Shown here: one piece after another, positions 37,870 through 41,514 of the stretch | Layout: each line of letters starts with the position of its first letter | Position numbering within the stretch: the stretch's first letter is position 1 | Source of the DNA: a virus | Taxonomy: Duplodnaviria; Heunggongvirae; Uroviricota; Caudoviricetes | DNA: 41,514 nucleotides | IMG/VR virus record: IMGVR_UViG_2690316276_000005 | Strand: one strand, 5' to 3' | Translations under genes and position numbers: made by a program | Notes under the pieces: generated by a model | Databases searched by the model: none | Seen by the model: only the letters and a program-made list of their open reading frames with translations | What the model was told of the DNA's origin: nothing

Positions 37870-38407
37870 TGTAGCAAGAAATCTTTTCGGTAATTCAGCA
37901 GGTAGTGTGTCGCATTCTGAGCGTGATGTGCTTTATCATGGTGGCGATGGCGGCAGTAGTGGAGGCGGAATGTCAGATAAACTTGAAAGGCGAATTGAGC
38001 GGCTCGAAGGTGATTTATCGCTAACAAGAAACGACCTTGCGACGCTTGCTGAACGCACTACAAACCTCTCAACTAAAGCCGATGTTGGTGAGGTGAAAGG
38101 TGAACTCAAAGCAGACATAGCACATCTGAAAGGTGATCTTGAATGCGATATTGCGAATCTGAAAGGTGAGCTTAAATCTGATACAGCTAACCTGAAAGAG
38201 CAGCTCAAATCAGACATTAACAGCCTGAAGGGTGAGCTTACCGAAGCGATGGATAAACGCTTTGACAAGATTATGGATGAGATGAATCGGCGGTTTGACA
38301 AGGTTGATGATAATACGAAGTGGCGTTGGAGTGGCATTATTGTGCCAGTGTGCACAACCATTTTCACAGCGGCGGTTGCTGTATTTGTTGCTAAATTTGT
38401 TGGCTGA
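37853..38407 (+). CDS. Coiled-coil protein with C-terminal transmembrane anchor (XhlA-like architecture); likely true start near 37970
   Basis: Heptad-like repeats (LKGDLECDIANLKGELKSDTANLKEQLKSDINSLKGEL) and C-terminal hydrophobic helix IIVPVCTTIFTAAVAVFVAKFV. Confidence 0.55.
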   Translation: MVIMGNVARNLFGNSAGSVSHSERDVLYHGGDGGSSGGGMSDKLERRIERLEGDLSLTRNDLATLAERTTNLSTKADVGEVKGELKADIAHLKGDLECDIANLKGELKSDTANLKEQLKSDINSLKGELTEAMDKRFDKIMDEMNRRFDKVDDNTKWRWSGIIVPVCTTIFTAAVAVFVAKFVG

Positions 38408-38516
38408 TGATCCACAAATTGACCACATCTCTGTTATTTGTTGTGGTTGGCTGTGTTTTTGTGTGTCTGTAAGTCTTTGATAATTACCTAACTTATTGAT
38501 TTTTGTTTGTGTTTAT

Positions 38517-38539
38517 GGCCGCTCTGCGGCCTTTTTTCT
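38517..38539 (+). terminator. Rho-independent terminator upstream of btuC
   Basis: GGCCGC-TCTG-GCGGCC followed by TTTTTTC. Confidence 0.5.
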
Positions 38540-38599
38540 TTTCACTGTCGAAGAGTCACCGTAAAATCAACGCCATGACACTTCAGCAGAACGGATACC

Positions 38600-39580
38600 A
38601 TGCTGACACTTGCCCGCCAACAACAGCGACAAAATATTCGCTGGTTATTATGCCTGTCAGTTTTGATGCTGCTGGCGCTTCTCTTAAGCCTTTGCGCCGG
38701 TGAACAATGGATTTCGCCAGGTGACTGGTTTACTCCTCGTGGCGAACTGTTCGTCTGGCAAATTCGCCTGCCACGTACGCTGGCTGTATTGCTGGTTGGT
38801 GCGGCGCTGGCTATATCCGGCGCTGTAATGCAGGCGTTGTTTGAAAATCCTCTGGCAGAACCTGGACTACTTGGCGTCTCTAACGGCGCAGGCGTGGGGC
38901 TTATCGCCGCGGTATTGCTTGGGCAAGGGCAACTCCCCAACTGGGCGCTAGGGCTGTGTGCGATTGCTGGCGCGCTTATCATCACTTTAATACTCTTACG
39001 TTTCGCCCGTCGTCATCTTTCGACCAGTCGGTTATTGCTGGCTGGCGTTGCATTAGGGATTATCTGTAGCGCACTAATGACGTGGGCTATCTACTTTTCC
39101 ACCTCTGTTGATTTACGTCAGCTGATGTACTGGATGATGGGCGGTTTTGGCGGCGTAGACTGGCGGCAAAGCTGGCTGATGCTGGCATTGATCCCCGTGT
39201 TGTTGTGGATCTGTTGTCAGTCCAGGCCGATGAATATGTTAGCACTTGGCGAGATCTCGGCGCGGCAACTGGGTTTACCCCTGTGGTTCTGGCGCAATGT
39301 GCTGGTGGCAGCGACCGGCTGGATGGTTGGCGTCAGTGTGGCGCTGGCGGGTGCTATCGGCTTTATTGGTCTGGTGATCCCACATATTCTTCGGTTGTGT
39401 GGTTTAACCGATCATCGCGTATTACTTCCCGGCTGCGCGCTGGCAGGGGCGAGCGCAGTGCTGCTGGCCGATATTGTAGCGCGCCTGGCATTAGCTGCCG
39501 CAGAGCTGCCTATTGGCGTGGTCACCGCAACGTTGGGTGCGCCGGTGTTTATCTGGTTATTGTTAAAAGCAGGACGTTAG
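38600..39580 (+). CDS. btuC: Vitamin B12 ABC transporter permease BtuC
   Basis: 326 aa, [44 protein letters not shown]... matches E. coli BtuC as recalled. Confidence 0.95.
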   Translation: MLTLARQQQRQNIRWLLCLSVLMLLALLLSLCAGEQWISPGDWFTPRGELFVWQIRLPRTLAVLLVGAALAISGAVMQALFENPLAEPGLLGVSNGAGVGLIAAVLLGQGQLPNWALGLCAIAGALIITLILLRFARRHLSTSRLLLAGVALGIICSALMTWAIYFSTSVDLRQLMYWMMGGFGGVDWRQSWLMLALIPVLLWICCQSRPMNMLALGEISARQLGLPLWFWRNVLVAATGWMVGVSVALAGAIGFIGLVIPHILRLCGLTDHRVLLPGCALAGASAVLLADIVARLALAAAELPIGVVTATLGAPVFIWLLLKAGR

Positions 39581-39642
39581 CCGCAAAAAGACGGTCTATG
39601 ATTAAAAGCTAAGATTTTTACTGACCACACCCAGGAGAAACG

Positions 39643-40194
39643 ATGCAAGATTCCATTCTGACGACCGTAGTGAAAGATATCGACGGTGAAGTGACCACGC
39701 TGGAGAAGTACGCCGGTAATGTGCTGTTGATTGTCAATGTCGCCTCAAAGTGTGGCTTAACGCCGCAATATGAGCAGTTGGAGAATATTCAGAAAGCCTG
39801 GGCCGATCGAGGTTTTGTGGTGCTGGGATTCCCGTGCAACCAGTTTCTGGAACAAGAACCGGGCAGCGATGAAGAGATTAAAACTTACTGTACCACCACA
39901 TGGGGGGTGACGTTCCCGATGTTCAGTAAGATTGAAGTTAACGGCGAAGGACGCCATCCGCTGTATCAAAAATTGATTGCCGCAGCGCCGACCGCAGTCG
40001 CGCCGGAAGAGAGCGGATTCTATGCCCGTATGGTCAGCAAAGGTCGTGCACCGCTGTACCCTGATGATATTTTATGGAATTTTGAGAAATTTTTAGTTGG
40101 CAGGGACGGATTGGTCATCCAGCGTTTTTCCCCGGATATGACGCCGGAAGACCCCATTGTGATGGAAAGCATTAAACTGGCGTTGGCAAAATAA
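39643..40194 (+). CDS. btuE: Glutathione peroxidase-family protein BtuE
   Basis: 183 aa, ...[20 protein letters not shown]...[13 protein letters not shown]...[12 protein letters not shown]... Confidence 0.95.
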
Positions 40195-40943
40195 TGTCTA
40201 TTGTGATGCAGTTACAGGATGTTGCGGAATCTACCCGCCTGGGGCCACTTTCTGGCGAGGTTCGGGCTGGGGAGATCCTGCACCTGGTGGGGCCGAATGG
40301 CGCGGGTAAGAGTACCTTACTGGCACGAATGGCCGGAATGACCAGCGGTAAGGGAAGTATTCAGTTCGCGGGGCAACCACTGGAAGCATGGTCCGCAACA
40401 AAACTCGCGCTGCATCGCGCCTATCTTTCACAACAGCAGACGCCGCCGTTTGCAATGCCGGTCTGGCACTATCTGACACTGCATCAGCACGATAAAACGC
40501 GTACCGAACTACTGAATGATGTCGCAGGGGCGCTGGCTCTTGATGACAAACTCGGACGTAGCACCAATCAACTTTCCGGCGGTGAATGGCAACGCGTACG
40601 TCTTGCTGCGGTGGTGCTGCAAATCACACCACAAGCCAATCCCGCAGGCCAATTGCTGCTTCTTGATGAGCCGATGAACAGTCTTGATGTTGCGCAACAA
40701 AGTGCGTTAGACAAAATTCTGAGCGCTCTGTGTCAGCAAGGACTGGCGATTGTGATGAGCAGTCACGATCTCAACCACACATTGCGTCATGCGCATCGGG
40801 CGTGGTTGCTAAAAGGTGGAAAAATGCTGGCCAGTGGACGCAGAGAAGAGGTGCTCACGCCGCCAAATCTGGCGCAGGCCTATGGGATGAATTTTCGCCG
40901 TCTGGATATCGAAGGTCACAGAATGCTGATTTCGACCATCTGA
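40194..40943 (+). CDS. btuD: Vitamin B12 ABC transporter ATP-binding protein BtuD
   Basis: 249 aa, Walker [10 protein letters not shown], signature [16 protein letters not shown], Walker B LLLLDEP. Confidence 0.95.
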
Positions 40944-41020
40944 TTTCATTAGTATCTTGAAAATCGGGTAATTACGACGCTAAATTAATGCAAGAATAAA
41001 AAACAGAGGAACCGTACGGA

Positions 41021-41485
41021 ATGCGTTTCTGCCTTATTTTGATCACAGCACTGTTTCTGGCCGGGTGTAGCCACCATAAAGCACCGCTGCCAAATGCCAG
41101 ACTTTCTGATTCGATTACCGTTATTGCCGGTTTGAACGACCAGCTACAAAGCTGGCATGGCACGCCGTATCGTTATGGTGGCATGACGCGGCGCGGTGTG
41201 GACTGTTCGGGATTTGTGGTTGTAACGATGCGCGATCGTTTCGATTTGCAGCTGCCCCGAGAAACCAAAGAACAAGCCTCTATCGGCACGCAAATTGATA
41301 AAGACGAGTTGCTGCCTGGTGACCTGGTCTTTTTCAAAACGGGTTCCGGACAAAATGGTTTGCATGTAGGTATTTACGATACCAACAACCAATTTATCCA
41401 CGCCTCTACCAGCAAGGGAGTGATGCGTTCCTCACTTGATAATGTCTATTGGCAGAAAAATTTCTGGCAGGCGAGACGAATCTAA
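41021..41485 (+). CDS. nlpC: NlpC/P60-family lipoprotein NlpC
   Basis: 154 aa, lipobox LAGCS, ...GVDCSGFVV... catalytic Cys; follows btuD as in E. coli. Confidence 0.9.
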   Translation: MRFCLILITALFLAGCSHHKAPLPNARLSDSITVIAGLNDQLQSWHGTPYRYGGMTRRGVDCSGFVVVTMRDRFDLQLPRETKEQASIGTQIDKDELLPGDLVFFKTGSGQNGLHVGIYDTNNQFIHASTSKGVMRSSLDNVYWQKNFWQARRI

Positions 41486-41514
41486 ATAGCTGCGCGGAAT
41501 AGTAGATCACTTTG

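Noticed and set aside
37367-38600. tRNA or tmRNA gene as integration target next to int
   Set aside because: No cloverleaf-like sequence with a conserved T-loop (GTTCRANYC) or CCA end was recognisable by eye in this interval; not excluded without a tRNA scan.
38503-38703. 66-aa plus-strand ORF spanning the btuC start
   Set aside because: Overlaps the terminator and the btuC 5' end in another frame; BtuC homology defines the real frame.

Overview
This window is a composite prophage region that ends in the chromosomal btuC-btuE-btuD-nlpC operon (Escherichia/Shigella type). All homology calls are from reading the six-frame translations and from memory of phage lambda, P2, plasmid R1 and E. coli proteins; no database search was run. 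Layout: (1) 1-3618, plus strand: two degenerate tail-fibre C-terminal cassettes, each followed by a tail-fibre assembly gene (tfa), split by a complete 1264-bp IS3-family element (IS600-like). (2) 3647-15792, minus strand: a lambda-like tail-tip module in lambda order (tape-measure C-terminal fragment, M, L, K, I, J, lom, stf, tfa), with a duplicated and partly inverted stf 5' region. (3) An 11-N gap at 15793-15803. (4) 15804-38407: a P2-like prophage lacking its tail sheath/tube half (tail-fibre N-terminus, baseplate I/J/W/V, S, R, spanins, SAR endolysin, holin, X, L, M, N, O on the minus strand; terminase P and portal Q on the plus strand; replication gene A, early genes, C repressor and integrase), plus cargo. 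(5) 38600-41485: host btuCED and nlpC. The most interesting candidates are in the P2-like accessory region between portal/cos and gene A: an R1-type ParM/ParR-like module with an upstream pair of palindrome-bearing direct repeats, followed by a co-oriented operon of three small uncharacterised ORFs in the position where P2 carries old/tin. Also notable: a convergent tail-fibre cassette layout with a Gin/Pin-type crossover-like site, an in-frame amber codon in one cassette, AT-rich cargo next to the integrase, and four N-marked junctions that coincide with repeats and make several rearrangements assembly-suspect.
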